From assembly GCA_963786955.1 (NCBI GenBank), contig CAWBAT010000006.1:544001-608000 (forward strand): 64,000 nt of DNA, in the 5' to 3' direction. Under the pieces are notes generated by a model. That model saw only the letters and a program-made list of their open reading frames with translations. It was not told the origin of the DNA and made no database searches. A program made the position numbers and the translations under genes. This document shows positions 22,350-32,794 of this stretch, piece by piece; the first letter of the stretch is position 1; the number at the start of each line of letters is the position of its first letter. This DNA comes from an uncultured Acidimicrobiia bacterium (lineage in GTDB: Bacteria > Acidobacteriota > Terriglobia > Versatilivoradales > Versatilivoraceae).

Positions 22350-23363
22350 TTATCCACCCAGGCTGATCATCTCAATCTTCTTCCGATTCGAGGCGTCATA
22401 TCCTTGGGGAGAGTTCATTGCCTCAATCGTTCGTCCGAATAACGGTCGAAGCGATTTCCCCCACACGCCCGAATGGAGTCGAGAATCTCATTGTCGGTCG
22501 CGCCAATTCTCAGCAGCCTTTTCAGATCATGCCCCTTTTCGGAGAAGAGACAAGTGACTAATTTCCCGTCCGCAGTTATGCGAACTCGTGTGCAACTGGA
22601 GCAGAAAGGTTCGGTAACTGAGGCAATGACGCCGATATCGCCTTTCCCATCAAGATAGGCAGATAATCCACTGCGGGCGCCGTCCCTTGATCCCGGCCAA
22701 TTTCCTTGAGGGGATACCGCCTGTGGATGATACTCAAGATTTCTTGCTTCGAAACCATCTTTTCTGATTTCCAATGATTGGAATTTCCCACATCCATGTA
22801 CTCGATAAAGCGCAATGCAAATTCGTTTTCCCTGCAGAACTCCACAATGTCGAGAATGTCGACATCATTAACGCCGCGCTCGATCACCGCATTGACCTTA
22901 ATAGGCTGGAATCCCAGCCGTTTGGCAGCAAACAAGCCATCCACAACTTTATTGAGGTCTCCACGCTTTGTGATCCTGTGATACCGCTCCGGATTCAATG
23001 TATCCAGACTCACATTGATTCTCTTTAGCCCGGCCTTTGCCAGTTTTTCAACCTGATCCGCCAGGTAGATCCCGTTGGTCGTAAGACTGAGATCCCTGAG
23101 GCCGCTAAGGACAGAAAGTTTGCGACCAGGACATCGAGATCCTGACGTACAAGGGGCTCTCCGCCGGTCAACCGAATGTCGTCAATCCAAGCTGGATAAA
23201 GAGGGAGGTCAATCGAGTGATTTCCTCAAAGGAGAGGATTTCCTTTCTTCTCGATCCAGACATATTTGTCGAGGGGCATACAGTACGTACATCGGAAATT
23301 GCACCGATCTGTCACTGAAATCCTGAGATCTTTTGCCTGCCGATGATAGAGATCTGTAATCAT
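22350..23363 (-). CDS. moaA: GTP 3',8-cyclase (molybdenum cofactor biosynthesis), frameshifted
   Basis: [53 protein letters not shown]-terminal EMISLGG. Confidence 0.92.
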
Positions 23364-23402
23364 GTTTTCCGTTTCCAAATCAGCGTTTTAAAGAAATCGA
23401 CT

Positions 23403-23454
23403 GTTGCCGGCCTCGCTTAGGCGGCACTTTGCCGGTGCCAACTGCCCCGGCTAC
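23403..23454. repeat. Degenerate REP doublet, GTAG-CCGG family
   Basis: gccggcctcgcttagg…gccccggctac. Confidence 0.7.
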
Positions 23455-23469
23455 AACTTCAAAGGAATG

Positions 23470-23507
23470 AAAAAAAAGGCCAATCCTCCAGCTGGAGAAA
23501 TTGGCCT
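23470..23507 (-). terminator. Intrinsic terminator after the Fe-S carrier gene
   Basis: Minus strand aggccaatttctccagctggaggattggcc followed by T8. Confidence 0.75.
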
Positions 23508-23561
23508 GAATCTGATTGCGTTGCTTTTCCGGGAAGAGAATCCCCTTAGGATTTTGGTTAA

Positions 23562-23885
23562 TTACACATGAAACGACTCACCACAACCGCAGGTGCTTTT
23601 GACGTTGGGATTGTTAAACTTAAACCAGATCCCGTCAGATGCCTCAACAAAGTCGATTTCCGTGCCATCCAGGTAGATGGAACTCCCTTTATCCACAAAA
23701 ACCTGAACGCCATTCATGTCAAGGACTTCGTCACCATTGTTCGCCTGTTTCTCAAAGCCCATCTGGTATTGAAATCCCGAGCATCCTCCCCCAACGATTT
23801 GAACCCGCAGCCCGGCATAATTTTCTGGCTGTGCATCAAGGATTTCTTTGACTTTGCCCAGGGCTTTTTCGGTCAGTGTTAGCAT
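23562..23885 (-). CDS. A-type Fe-S cluster carrier (IscA/ErpA/HesB family)
   Basis: GGGCSGFQY, FNNPNVKSTCGCGESF. Confidence 0.95.
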   Translation of the reverse strand: MLTLTEKALGKVKEILDAQPENYAGLRVQIVGGGCSGFQYQMGFEKQANNGDEVLDMNGVQVFVDKGSSIYLDGTEIDFVEASDGIWFKFNNPNVKSTCGCGESFHV

Positions 23886-23989
23886 GAATTTTCTTCTCCT
23901 TTCAAATCCGAATCTTTTACACACTCAGCATACGTCTTCTCGAAGTCGCACAACTGAGTCATTTTAACCGGTTCCTCTAAAAATCAACT

Positions 23990-25034
23990 CTAGCTGTCTT
24001 TCTCGTCCGGCCGAATTTGCGCTTTAGCTTGAATCGACGGTGTTTGCAATCGCGATCTCCGGCTATTCAAGACTCCATTCCAAGGAGGAATGACAATTGT
24101 CACATCGCCATGGCATTTGGCCTGGCAGGAAAGGCGAATATGCGGATGAGATCCAACTTCGGCATCTTTTTCGAGATAACCAAAATGGGCCAGACGTTTC
24201 TTTTCAAACGCCGCGAGTTCAGAAAGTTGTCCTTCCCGTTGAGTGACTCCGATCCAACAATAGCCACAGGCCCCACTGCGACATTCAGCGGGAATGGGTC
24301 CGTAAACTCGGCGATGATCCTGATTTCGGAAGTCCCGTTTGTCTTTGGAGGAGGCCATAGAAAGGTCTTGCCCATGCATGGCAATGAACGACCCGTCGCG
24401 ATTCTTTTCCTCATAAGTAACCTGATACTTCCCGTTTTCAATCCCGAAGAAACGCAATATTCCGCCCTTCTTCCCTTTTCATTCCTGGCACGCAAGACCT
24501 GTTCGACTGAGGGCGCTGGTTTCACGATTGGGCCCTGGTTCAGATTCTTTATCAAAGGCACTGACTCCGACTTGCTCAACATCATGAGACCTGCTGCCGT
24601 GATTCCCAAGACGACAGACTCGTCAATCTGACAAGAAGTCCGCAACTTGGGAGGCAATGGAACGAATCACGGTCAGAAGATTCATTTCCGCAGAAACGGT
24701 TTTGGATTCTGAAACCTCGAGGATAGCCTGCTTAACAATCCCCCAGTAACGGAAGGCATAAAAGAATGTCGACTGAAGAGTCCATTTGCAGTTCCAGCCG
24801 ATACTTGCCATCCAGCTCCAGCGCTTTGACTGTTACGGCGGGATCCGCCGAATCTTGCAAGGATCGAGCCAATTTCAATGGCCAAAAAGAAAACCAGATC
24901 TGAGTGGCATCTTGATCGACCGGGTGAACCAGCGGCAGTAATTCTTTGAGGATATGATCCCACTGGTTTTCATCATGATTCGACAAGAAATGATGAAAGG
25001 TACTCTGATCGATCAAAAGCCTATTGAGCTCCAT
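23990..25034 (-). CDS. Protein with uncharacterised N-domain and C-terminal 2Fe-2S ferredoxin domain (frameshifted)
   Basis: ECRSGACGYC…RLSCQ plant-type ferredoxin motif; ORF pieces 24732..25034, 24623..24811, 24100..24657 and 23990..24457 tile one gene. Confidence 0.7.
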
Positions 25035-25116
25035 AAGATTTCAGCGACTTGCTAAGATTCGAGCCATAGGGAATTGTTCGAATCTTCGATGCTCCAAATC
25101 CTTACTGGTAATACAC

Positions 25117-25145
25117 AAAAAAAAGGCCGCCCTCAAAGACGGCCC
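25117..25145 (-). terminator. Intrinsic terminator after the Tes-like gene
   Basis: Minus strand ggccgtc-tttga-gggcggcc followed by T8. Confidence 0.75.
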
Positions 25146-25189
25146 AATATGAAGCAAATCCATTCCAAACACTTTCGCGACACCGCCAA

Positions 25190-27229
25190 TTACTTTACAG
25201 GTTCTCCGATTTGAACAAGCTGCTCCTCGGCAGGTTTCTTCAAAACCATTTCCTCGTAGATCTTGCGGACTTCTGCGGCTTCTTTCAAGGCTTTCCTGCG
25301 TTGTCGTTCTTCTTCAGCAGCCGTTTGAGGTCCGTCGCCCTTCGATCTCACTCTCGCTGCATCGACGGCGTCAATCTTTAGGCCATGTTCATACGTTTCA
25401 AGGCCCACTTTCTTTCCCTTGGCAAAGACTTCATGCTTGCCATTCTTCTTATACCAATCTGCCACGGTAGCGTTCTTGTGCATGTTCTCTATGATTTTTC
25501 TCCATCCGACGCCAGTGTTGTAGGCACAGAAGGAAATCTCACCTTCCTGGGTCGCATAAGGAATAATGCACATTTCCGTGCGCCGGAAATCGTAATTAAA
25601 CAAATCCTGGAACCACATGCCGGCAATAAAGAGGAAGTTCCAAGGATCCTCACGACGTTTCTTGATATCGTCGAAAGTCCGATCAGGGGTCGACTTTCCA
25701 TAGTCCTTGCCCGTTATCCCCCACGTCTTATCAAACTTCTTGAGGATGTCGAACAGGGAAAGGCTCTTGGGAGCCTCGAAAGGTTTGAAATTCTTAAGCA
25801 GCGCCAAAGCCATCATGAAACCAGAGAATTTCTTGTTTCTGGCGGCATCCGTAACTTTCTGGGTATCTCGAACAAGACCTGGGACATCGATAAATTGGGG
25901 AACCGCGGCCATCTCTTTCGTGTCTTTGTGAATCATGATTGCCGTCCCCACACCACAATTAGGATGACAACCGCAATTGAAGGAACCCCACTCGGAGGTG
26001 GGCCCATGAGCAAGATCAGCAAAATCGGCAAACACCGCCATCAGTGAAATCGGGAACCAGTCACGAGTAGGCTCAGTGATACCAGCCTGCTCCTTGACGT
26101 CACTTGCCATATGAGAGAGGGTGTAGCGCTGACGCAGCCGACGTTCAGGTGTGATATCTTCATCGCGTCCGGTGAAGGAAACTGGCTGGAATGCGATGAA
26201 TGCGATCTTTTTGGGATTCTCACGAGCAAATTTCACGATGGGGCCAACTTGATCATTATTGACGCCATTAACGAGCGTCGTAACCAGGACAATCTCGATC
26301 CCAGCCTCATGCATATTATTAATGGCGCGCAACTTAACGTCAAACAAATTCCCCACCTGACGATGGCCATTCGCATCATTTCCAATTCCATCGAATTGTA
26401 AGTAGGCATAACGCATACCAGCCTCGAAGGCTTGTTTGCAGAATTCCTTACTCTTGGCAAATTCAATCCCATTCGTGGCGGCCTGAACACTGTTATATCC
26501 TAGTTCTCGGGACAGGCGGACTGCTTTCAGAAAATAAGGGGACATTGTCGGTTCGCCTCCGGAAAACTGGACCGACATCTGCCGCCTGGGCTTAATCTCC
26601 AAGGCATTGCGCATGATCTCTTCGATTTCTTCCCAGCTCAGTTCATGCACATAACCAACCTGGTTGGCATCCATGAAGCAGGGATCGCACATCATGTTAC
26701 AGCGATTGGTTAAGTCAACCGTTAAGACGGATCCGCGGCCATATTTGACTGTGCTCGTTCCGTGGTTATGGAGGCGTTCATCATTGTGGGCACGGATGTC
26801 GCGGCCTGGGAAATTCTGTTCAATCCAATCCAGGAACTTCACATCCTTGGCCATTAGGTCCTCATACTTCCCATGTTTCGGGCACTCCTTCACCATCCAC
26901 ACCTGACCATTCTTTTCCAGAATGGTGGCCTTGATTTCTCCGACATTGTCATAAATCAACGTCCGGTAATCTTGCTCCCCGTTGATAATCTTTTCTCTTG
27001 CTTCCTTAATGCAATCCGGACAAAGAGAATCCGTGACACGAGGCCAGCCCAATGTCGGCTTGGATTTCTCCCATGATTTCAGCATGGGCTTGTCAGACCA
27101 TTTTGGCGTGAAAGAAGGGTTCGGTCTATATTGATTAAAGAACTGAATGGAATTAAAGACAACTCCTGCCGTAGCGCAGAGTGCTCCATCGACATACTTA
27201 AAAACGCTCGTTGCTGTCGTTCTGGGCAT
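25190..27229 (-). CDS. Radical SAM protein of the MJ0619/tetraether synthase (Tes, GDGT-MAS) family
   Basis: Rubredoxin-like TDSLCPDC…KECPKHG, DLTNRCNMMCDPCF, QFSGGEPT, YLQFDG, FQPVSFTGR, CHPNCG, C-terminal CIIPYAT…SFCAYN. Confidence 0.8.
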   Translation of the reverse strand: MPRTTATSVFKYVDGALCATAGVVFNSIQFFNQYRPNPSFTPKWSDKPMLKSWEKSKPTLGWPRVTDSLCPDCIKEAREKIINGEQDYRTLIYDNVGEIKATILEKNGQVWMVKECPKHGKYEDLMAKDVKFLDWIEQNFPGRDIRAHNDERLHNHGTSTVKYGRGSVLTVDLTNRCNMMCDPCFMDANQVGYVHELSWEEIEEIMRNALEIKPRRQMSVQFSGGEPTMSPYFLKAVRLSRELGYNSVQAATNGIEFAKSKEFCKQAFEAGMRYAYLQFDGIGNDANGHRQVGNLFDVKLRAINNMHEAGIEIVLVTTLVNGVNNDQVGPIVKFARENPKKIAFIAFQPVSFTGRDEDITPERRLRQRYTLSHMASDVKEQAGITEPTRDWFPISLMAVFADFADLAHGPTSEWGSFNCGCHPNCGVGTAIMIHKDTKEMAAVPQFIDVPGLVRDTQKVTDAARNKKFSGFMMALALLKNFKPFEAPKSLSLFDILKKFDKTWGITGKDYGKSTPDRTFDDIKKRREDPWNFLFIAGMWFQDLFNYDFRRTEMCIIPYATQEGEISFCAYNTGVGWRKIIENMHKNATVADWYKKNGKHEVFAKGKKVGLETYEHGLKIDAVDAARVRSKGDGPQTAAEEERQRRKALKEAAEVRKIYEEMVLKKPAEEQLVQIGEPVK

Positions 27230-27536
27230 AATTCAATCTCTCCTCTTTACTAAATATCGTCCGTTCGGTGGAATCCTACTAGTGGCTACCCGATTGGCTT
27301 AGGATCATGAGCAAGTCAAATGTTGTTCAAAATAAAAGACTTACATTATAATTGGCCCATCGTTCAGCAGAGCTTATCCTTGCCTCTTTTTTCAAATTAG
27401 TCACTTTATTAGGTCTTATCGGAAAAAAGAAGAATTATTCAGTGAATTGCCCCAAATGATAGTTGAACTGCCATAAGGGTTTACTTAAGAAAAACTGACT
27501 TGACTGAGCATAGAATTGAAGCCTACCATTCGCGCA

Positions 27537-28160
27537 ATGGAAAAATACTTGCCGCTTTTCCCCTTAAACGTGGTGCTGTTCCCTAAAATGTTGCTCCCTC
27601 TTCACATCTTTGAAGAGAAATACAAACAGATGATTGGGGAATGCCTCGGACAATCTCTACCTTTCGGAATTCTCTATTCGAAAGATGATGTCATTGAACC
27701 CATAGGGTGCAGCGCCTCAATTCACCAGGTCTTAAAGAACTACCCTGATGGCCGTATGGATATTGTTGCCATCGGAACTAATCGTTTTCGAGTTCTCTAT
27801 TTCAATTCTGAAAAAGCCTATTTGAGAGGAGTCATCGAGCCATTCAATGACGATGGCACGGCGCCTCGGCCGGGTAAAGAGGACCTCGATATCCTTGCGG
27901 ACCTTTACCAGCGGGCCTTCCAAATGATTCGTCGCGAGTCCGCCGAAGAGCCGTCCACATTGCCTTCGGAAGCCGATGCTTTCCATATTGCGCAAAGACT
28001 TAACTTGGACAATGATCTCAAACAGCAATTGCTCAACTTGCAATCAGAAGCGGAAAGAGTGAAGCATCTTGTCCGCTACCTTTCTGAGGTCGTCATCTTC
28101 CTTTCAAAAACTGACAAAGCATCGAATAAAGCCGGTGGTAATGGAAATCTGCGGCTGTAG
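27537..28160 (+). CDS. Lon protease N-terminal (substrate-binding) domain protein
   Basis: LPLFPLNVVLFP..LPLHIFEEKYKQMI, YPDGRMDI, KQQLL..ER. Confidence 0.88.
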   Translation: MEKYLPLFPLNVVLFPKMLLPLHIFEEKYKQMIGECLGQSLPFGILYSKDDVIEPIGCSASIHQVLKNYPDGRMDIVAIGTNRFRVLYFNSEKAYLRGVIEPFNDDGTAPRPGKEDLDILADLYQRAFQMIRRESAEEPSTLPSEADAFHIAQRLNLDNDLKQQLLNLQSEAERVKHLVRYLSEVVIFLSKTDKASNKAGGNGNLRL

Positions 28161-28208
28161 CCAGCCTCGCTGAGGCCGGTCCTGGTCCGGGGCAGCGGCC
28201 CCGGCTAC
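28157..28208. repeat. REP doublet between convergent genes
   Basis: gtagccagcctcgctgaggccggtcc…gccccggctac. Confidence 0.88.
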
Positions 28209-28366
28209 AATTCCAAGCCACAAGCTCGACACTGCTTCCGCCTTCTTGCATTGAGAGTCCCACATTGCGCACACCGATTGTACATCCTGCCGCTGAACCA
28301 CTGAGTAATCAGGGCACTTGCCCCCAGAATTCCAAGTAGTAACGCAACATTGATAAGGAACTCCAT
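28205..28366 (-). CDS. Small membrane protein with zinc ribbon (53 aa)
   Basis: TM helix then CAQC…CRAC; starts 2 nt after the permease stop. Confidence 0.65.
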   Translation of the reverse strand: MEFLINVALLLGILGASALITQWFSGRMYNRCAQCGTLNARRRKQCRACGLEL

Positions 28367-28368
28367 AC

Positions 28369-29574
28369 TTAAGCCGACTCCGTTTGGGGGCGGAAGAAGA
28401 GAGCAAATAAGAAAAAAACTCCCAAGGCTCCCAGCGCGGGAATGAGCCAAATTTGATGCCAGTTGTGTCCCAAGATCTCTCCTGGCCCAGCCAGAGTGCC
28501 ATTGTTCTGCACAATCTGCCCTGAGGCCCACGCTCCAATAAACATTCCAATTCCGAGTGTGACGAAGGCGATAAATCCTTGAGCGGCACCCCGGATTGCC
28601 ACGGGTGCTTTCTGGTCCACGAAGATCTGGCCCGTCACAAAGAAGAAATCATAGCAAACCCCGTGCAGGAGAATCCCGAGATAGAACATCCAGATCAGAG
28701 AACCGTTGTTCCCAAAGGAAAACAATAGATAGCGTGCCACCCAACATCCCATCCCGATGAGAATCATTTTTTTGACACCCAGCCGCTTGAAGAGATACGG
28801 CATGACCAGCAAGAAGAAGATCTCGGAAACCTGTCCTAGAGTCATCTTGCTGGCGGGTTCCGCCACTCCGCTCTCGTTTAGAAATAGATTGGTAAAGGTG
28901 TAATAAAACTGAAGGGGAATGCAAACCAGGAAAGATCCCAGTACAAAGACCGTAAAGGACCAATCTTTCATCAGACGCAGGGCTTCAAGCCCAAGAACAG
29001 CGCCCACGGTAATTCTTGAACCGCGGTGCTTGGGCGGCGTGTGAGGGAGTGCCAGACAAAAAAGGCCCAGAAAAAGTGAAGAGCCTGCGGCAATTTTCAA
29101 TGGGATGGCAGTAGATTCCAGCCCTAACCTCCCCACGATGAGACCGGCGACGATCCAACCGAGAGTCCCCAAGACCCGGACCCGGGGGAATTCCCGAGCT
29201 GGGTCGTTCATATGATGAAAGGAGAGTGAATTGGTCAACGCCAGCGTCGGCATATAGCACAACGTATAGCCCAGCAAAACGGGATAAAAACTGGAGAAGG
29301 CTTTAAGTTGCGAAGCAAAATACATCAACACGGCGCCTATCAGATGAAGGACGGCCAGTATCCTTTCGGTCGCAAAAAACCGATCTGCCACCATCCCAAC
29401 AAAGAAGGGAGAGATCATTGCAGCCAAAGCGGCAGTACCGTATGCCATTCCGATCTGGCTTCCTTCGAATCGTAAAGTTTGCCCGAGATAGGTAGCCAAG
29501 GTGACATACCATGATCCCCAAACAAAATACTGGATAAACATCATGGCGGAGAGTTTCAATCGGGGGATTGTCAT
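28369..29574 (-). CDS. MFS nucleoside:H+ symporter (NupG/YegT-like)
   Basis: LSAMMFIQYFVWGSW, SPFFVGMVADRFF, RVLGTLGWI, GQVSEIFF, HGVCYDFFFVTGQI. Confidence 0.9.
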   Translation of the reverse strand: MTIPRLKLSAMMFIQYFVWGSWYVTLATYLGQTLRFEGSQIGMAYGTAALAAMISPFFVGMVADRFFATERILAVLHLIGAVLMYFASQLKAFSSFYPVLLGYTLCYMPTLALTNSLSFHHMNDPAREFPRVRVLGTLGWIVAGLIVGRLGLESTAIPLKIAAGSSLFLGLFCLALPHTPPKHRGSRITVGAVLGLEALRLMKDWSFTVFVLGSFLVCIPLQFYYTFTNLFLNESGVAEPASKMTLGQVSEIFFLLVMPYLFKRLGVKKMILIGMGCWVARYLLFSFGNNGSLIWMFYLGILLHGVCYDFFFVTGQIFVDQKAPVAIRGAAQGFIAFVTLGIGMFIGAWASGQIVQNNGTLAGPGEILGHNWHQIWLIPALGALGVFFLFALFFRPQTESA

Positions 29575-29600
29575 AAACACTCCTGCTATGCCTGACCTAA

Positions 29601-29719
29601 TTGAGGCCGGCTCTGGCTCCTATGTCCAGGGCCGCCGGCCTTAGCTGCGACATGCCAGCGCCCGCTGTAGCCGGCCTCGCTGAGGCCGGTCCTTGTCCGG
29701 GGCCAACGGCCCCGGCTAC
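29601..29719. repeat. REP doublets downstream of RAYT (degenerate 29601-29650; intact 29667-29719)
   Basis: gtagccggcctcgctgaggccggtccttgtccggggccaacggccccggctac. Confidence 0.92.
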
Positions 29720-29724
29720 AATTT

Positions 29725-30201
29725 CTATAGAGTTAGTTCTTCCACCTCGCCTTGCCAAGGCCAATCCTCCGGTTTGCTAACCAGACCAACTCGAACTGGA
29801 TTGTGCCTTACATAAGCCCACTTTGCGCCATAGTTCTCATCCGAACGGAGAACGCGGTCAAAAAATTCCGCTTGCCAAACTGGATTATTAAAGTCGCATT
29901 CGCGAATGAGTCGTTTAGAGGTCCATTCCTTCCACAAGCGTAAGAAATCAGATAGAGGTTTGGCCTTGTCAGATGGACGAGCAAAGAAGTGAATATGATC
30001 CGGCATGATGACATAACGACCGACGGACCATCCATGACGCGTCAGTGCATTTGACCATTCAGCCCTGAGGATTTCAGCGGCTGAACTACAATCGAGTATA
30101 GGTCTCCGTTGGAAGGTGGCAAGTGTCAAGAAATAGATCGGGTGATCAATCCAGACCCTGTCGAGTCGTTTCAGGTGGTGTTTTCCGATCGCGTTTTTCA
30201 T
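29725..30201 (-). mobile_element. REP-associated tyrosine transposase (RAYT/TnpA-REP, HUH Y1)
   Basis: YFLT, YVIMPDHIH (HUH), VWQAEFFDRVLR, YVRHNPVRVGLV, WPW; flanked on both sides by GTAG REPs. Confidence 0.92.
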
Positions 30202-30222
30202 TTAAAGATTCAGCTTAAAGAA

Positions 30223-30417
30223 GTAGCCGGCCTCGCTGAGGCCGGTCCTTGTCCGGGGCCAACGGCCCCGGCTACAACTTCTCAGCACTCGCTGTAGCCG
30301 GCCTCGCTGAGGCCGGTCCTTGTCCGGGGCCAACGGCCCCGGCTACAACTTCTCAGCGCTTGCTATAGCTGGCCTAAATGAGGCCGGTCCTTGGCCGGGG
30401 CCAACGGCCCCGGCTAC
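30223..30417. repeat. Three tandem REP doublets, 71-bp period
   Basis: Units start at 30223, 30294 and 30365 with near-identical 18-bp linkers. Confidence 0.95.
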
Positions 30418-31841
30418 AGTATAGACTTGTGTAATCTATTCACTGTCCGCTCGCGTCCAAGAATCGTCATAACCTCGAAAATCCCTGGAGCTACGGCCTT
30501 CCCTGTGAGAAGGACTCGGGCAGCGTTGATCAGAAGTCCCGCTTTGACCTGTTTTTCATTAGCAAAACCTCTCAGGCAATCCTCGAGGCCCGGTAACTCA
30601 AAGGCACTCAGCTTATCCAATTGGGTTGCCAGTTCCGGCATGAGACGGACCAATGTTGGGTCTTTCAGGAACTTTTCTTTTGCCGAGGTTTCGATTTCAT
30701 AATCATCGCTCAGAAAAGGTCGGCCGTTATGAACAAAATCAGTAAGCAGCCGGGCTCTGGTTTTGAGCAAATCGATGAGGAAGAGGAACCAGGTTTTCCG
30801 CTCCGAATCATATAGAGTATCCCAAAGGCTTGCCCTTTCGAGTTCCGTTTTGACAAAAGGGAAAAGTGCTTCTGCCGAACTGGCCCGGATATACTCTCCA
30901 TTCAACCAAGACAGTTTTTCCAAATTGAAAACAGCATTGCTCTTGTTAATGCCGTCCAGCGAGAATCGCTCAATCAATTCGGAAGGACTCATCTGCTCTT
31001 GCTCAGTGCCCGGGGCCCATCCCAGAAGCGCCAGGAAGTTTCGAAAGGCTTCGGGCAGATAGCCTTGCTCCCGATAAGCGGTTACGGAAGTAGCCCCATG
31101 ACGCTTGCTGAGTCGGCTCTTATCCGGTCCTAAAATTAAGGGGACGTGAGCAAATTGTGGAAGAGGGTTTCCCAGAGCCTGGTAGAGCAGAACTTGCTTA
31201 GGGGTATTGGAAATGTGATCCGCCCCCCGGATAACATGAGAGATCCGCATGTCAATATCGTCAACGACCACGCTCAAGTGATAAGTCGGCATCCCGTCGG
31301 AGCGCAGCAAGACGAAATCTTCGATGCTCCCGATCGGGTGCTCGATGCGGCCAAACACTTGGTCCAGAAAATCAATCTTTTCTGCGGAGGCTACTTTGAA
31401 GCGCACGACGCCGGAAATACCCGCAATCTCTTTGGCTCGGATTTCCTGTTCTGAGAGCTCCCGGCAGGTCCCCTCATATTTCCAGGCCTGTTTCGCCTGG
31501 GTGGCCGCTTCCCGCCTGGCTGCGAGAGACTCTACCGAACAAAAACAGCGATACGCCTTCTTCCTGTCCAAAAGCAACTGGGCGGCAGACCGGTATTGGT
31601 CAAGACGCTGCGATTGAAAGTAAGGCCCTTCATCCCAGCTGAGCCCGAGCCAGCGTAATCCCTCGAGAATTCCATCCACCATTTCCGAGGAAGATCGCTC
31701 CACATCCGTATCCTCGATGCGTAAGATGAATTTCCCGTGCTCATGTTTCGCAAAGAGCCAGTTAAATAGCGCTGTCCTGGCGCCCCCTACGTGGAGAAAA
31801 CCCGTGGGCGAAGGTGCGAAACGAACCCGAACATCAGACAA
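30414..31841 (-). CDS. gltX: Glutamate--tRNA ligase
   Basis: RVRFAPSPTGFLHVGG, LRIEDTD, HVIRGADH, LSKRHGA. Confidence 0.97.
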   Translation of the reverse strand: MSDVRVRFAPSPTGFLHVGGARTALFNWLFAKHEHGKFILRIEDTDVERSSSEMVDGILEGLRWLGLSWDEGPYFQSQRLDQYRSAAQLLLDRKKAYRCFCSVESLAARREAATQAKQAWKYEGTCRELSEQEIRAKEIAGISGVVRFKVASAEKIDFLDQVFGRIEHPIGSIEDFVLLRSDGMPTYHLSVVVDDIDMRISHVIRGADHISNTPKQVLLYQALGNPLPQFAHVPLILGPDKSRLSKRHGATSVTAYREQGYLPEAFRNFLALLGWAPGTEQEQMSPSELIERFSLDGINKSNAVFNLEKLSWLNGEYIRASSAEALFPFVKTELERASLWDTLYDSERKTWFLFLIDLLKTRARLLTDFVHNGRPFLSDDYEIETSAKEKFLKDPTLVRLMPELATQLDKLSAFELPGLEDCLRGFANEKQVKAGLLINAARVLLTGKAVAPGIFEVMTILGRERTVNRLHKSIL

Positions 31842-32053
31842 TTATGAAACCTCCTCAAGAACAGAGAAAAGCAGGGAAACGGCAGGCAACGGGAAACTTA
31901 GCAATAAAAGAACGTAAATCGACTGAATGGGAAAAGAGGCAGAGCCAGAATAGATGGGAAGTTTACCGACATTCACGCTCTTCTTGAGTCAGGCGCTTCA
32001 CCTTCTGGATGAGAGTTTCTTCCCGTTCCTGATACTTTCCAATTCCCTTCTCT

Positions 32054-32163
32054 GAAGATGTGAAAGAATTGTAGCGGCGCTCTTTGAGCGCCGACGAATC
32101 CATTGAAATAAATAGAACACGGCGGTCACAGACCGCCGCTACAACCGATTTTTTCACACCTCC
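32054..32163. mobile_element. TIR-bounded element carrying a second REP family (gtagcggcg…cgccg / cggcggtc…gaccgccgctac)
   Basis: Ends gaagatgtgaaagaatt … gattttttcacacctcc; REP hairpins at 32071-32093 and 32120-32142. Confidence 0.7.
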
Positions 32164-32186
32164 CGAGTCGGTCCGGGGGAATAAAT

Positions 32187-32717
32187 TCATGCTCTGGCCG
32201 AGAGTACTCCCCTGGTTGCGCCTAGAGCGGCATCATAATTCGGGTGGGAAGAAATTTCTTTGACATATTCGACGTAGCGAATCGTGTCTCTGGCATCAAT
32301 AACAAAGATAGCCCGGCTGAGGAGTCGCAGTTCTTTAATGAGCGTTCCATAGGCCAGACCGAACGATGCGTCGCGGTGATCCGATAGTGTCTGCACGCGG
32401 TCAACACCCGCTGCACCACACCAGCGCTTCTGGGCAAACGGGAGATCCATGCTCAGGGTTAAAATGACAACATTGTCCCCTAGACTCGCTGCCTCTTGAT
32501 TAAAACGACGAGTCTGCATATCACAAACAGGGGTATCCAGCGAGGGAACCACGCTGAGCAAACGAACCTTGCCAGCCGAATCGGCGAGAGTTACGGGTTT
32601 CAAATCGTTTGAAAGTACTGAGAAACCCGGTGCCTTGTCAGCTACCTTCAATTCCGACCCTACTGCGGTCAAGGGATTTCCTAAAAAAGTCACTGCTCCA
32701 GGTCTTTCTTGCGGCAT
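32187..32717 (-). CDS. tpx: Thiol peroxidase (atypical 2-Cys peroxiredoxin)
   Basis: VPSLDTPVC, SMDLPFAQKRWCG; RBS GGAGG. Confidence 0.95.
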   Translation of the reverse strand: MPQERPGAVTFLGNPLTAVGSELKVADKAPGFSVLSNDLKPVTLADSAGKVRLLSVVPSLDTPVCDMQTRRFNQEAASLGDNVVILTLSMDLPFAQKRWCGAAGVDRVQTLSDHRDASFGLAYGTLIKELRLLSRAIFVIDARDTIRYVEYVKEISSHPNYDAALGATRGVLSARA

Positions 32718-32794
32718 CGATATGTCCTCCGTAAAAAAATTGAATTTGAAGTGGATCGTTATCTTTTTACTTTCCTGCAGAAAATGGAACATTC

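Noticed and set aside
30223-30417. CRISPR-like periodic array
   Set aside because: Units are 53-bp GTAG double hairpins with near-identical linkers, adjacent to a RAYT, and no cas genes are present. It is a REP array.
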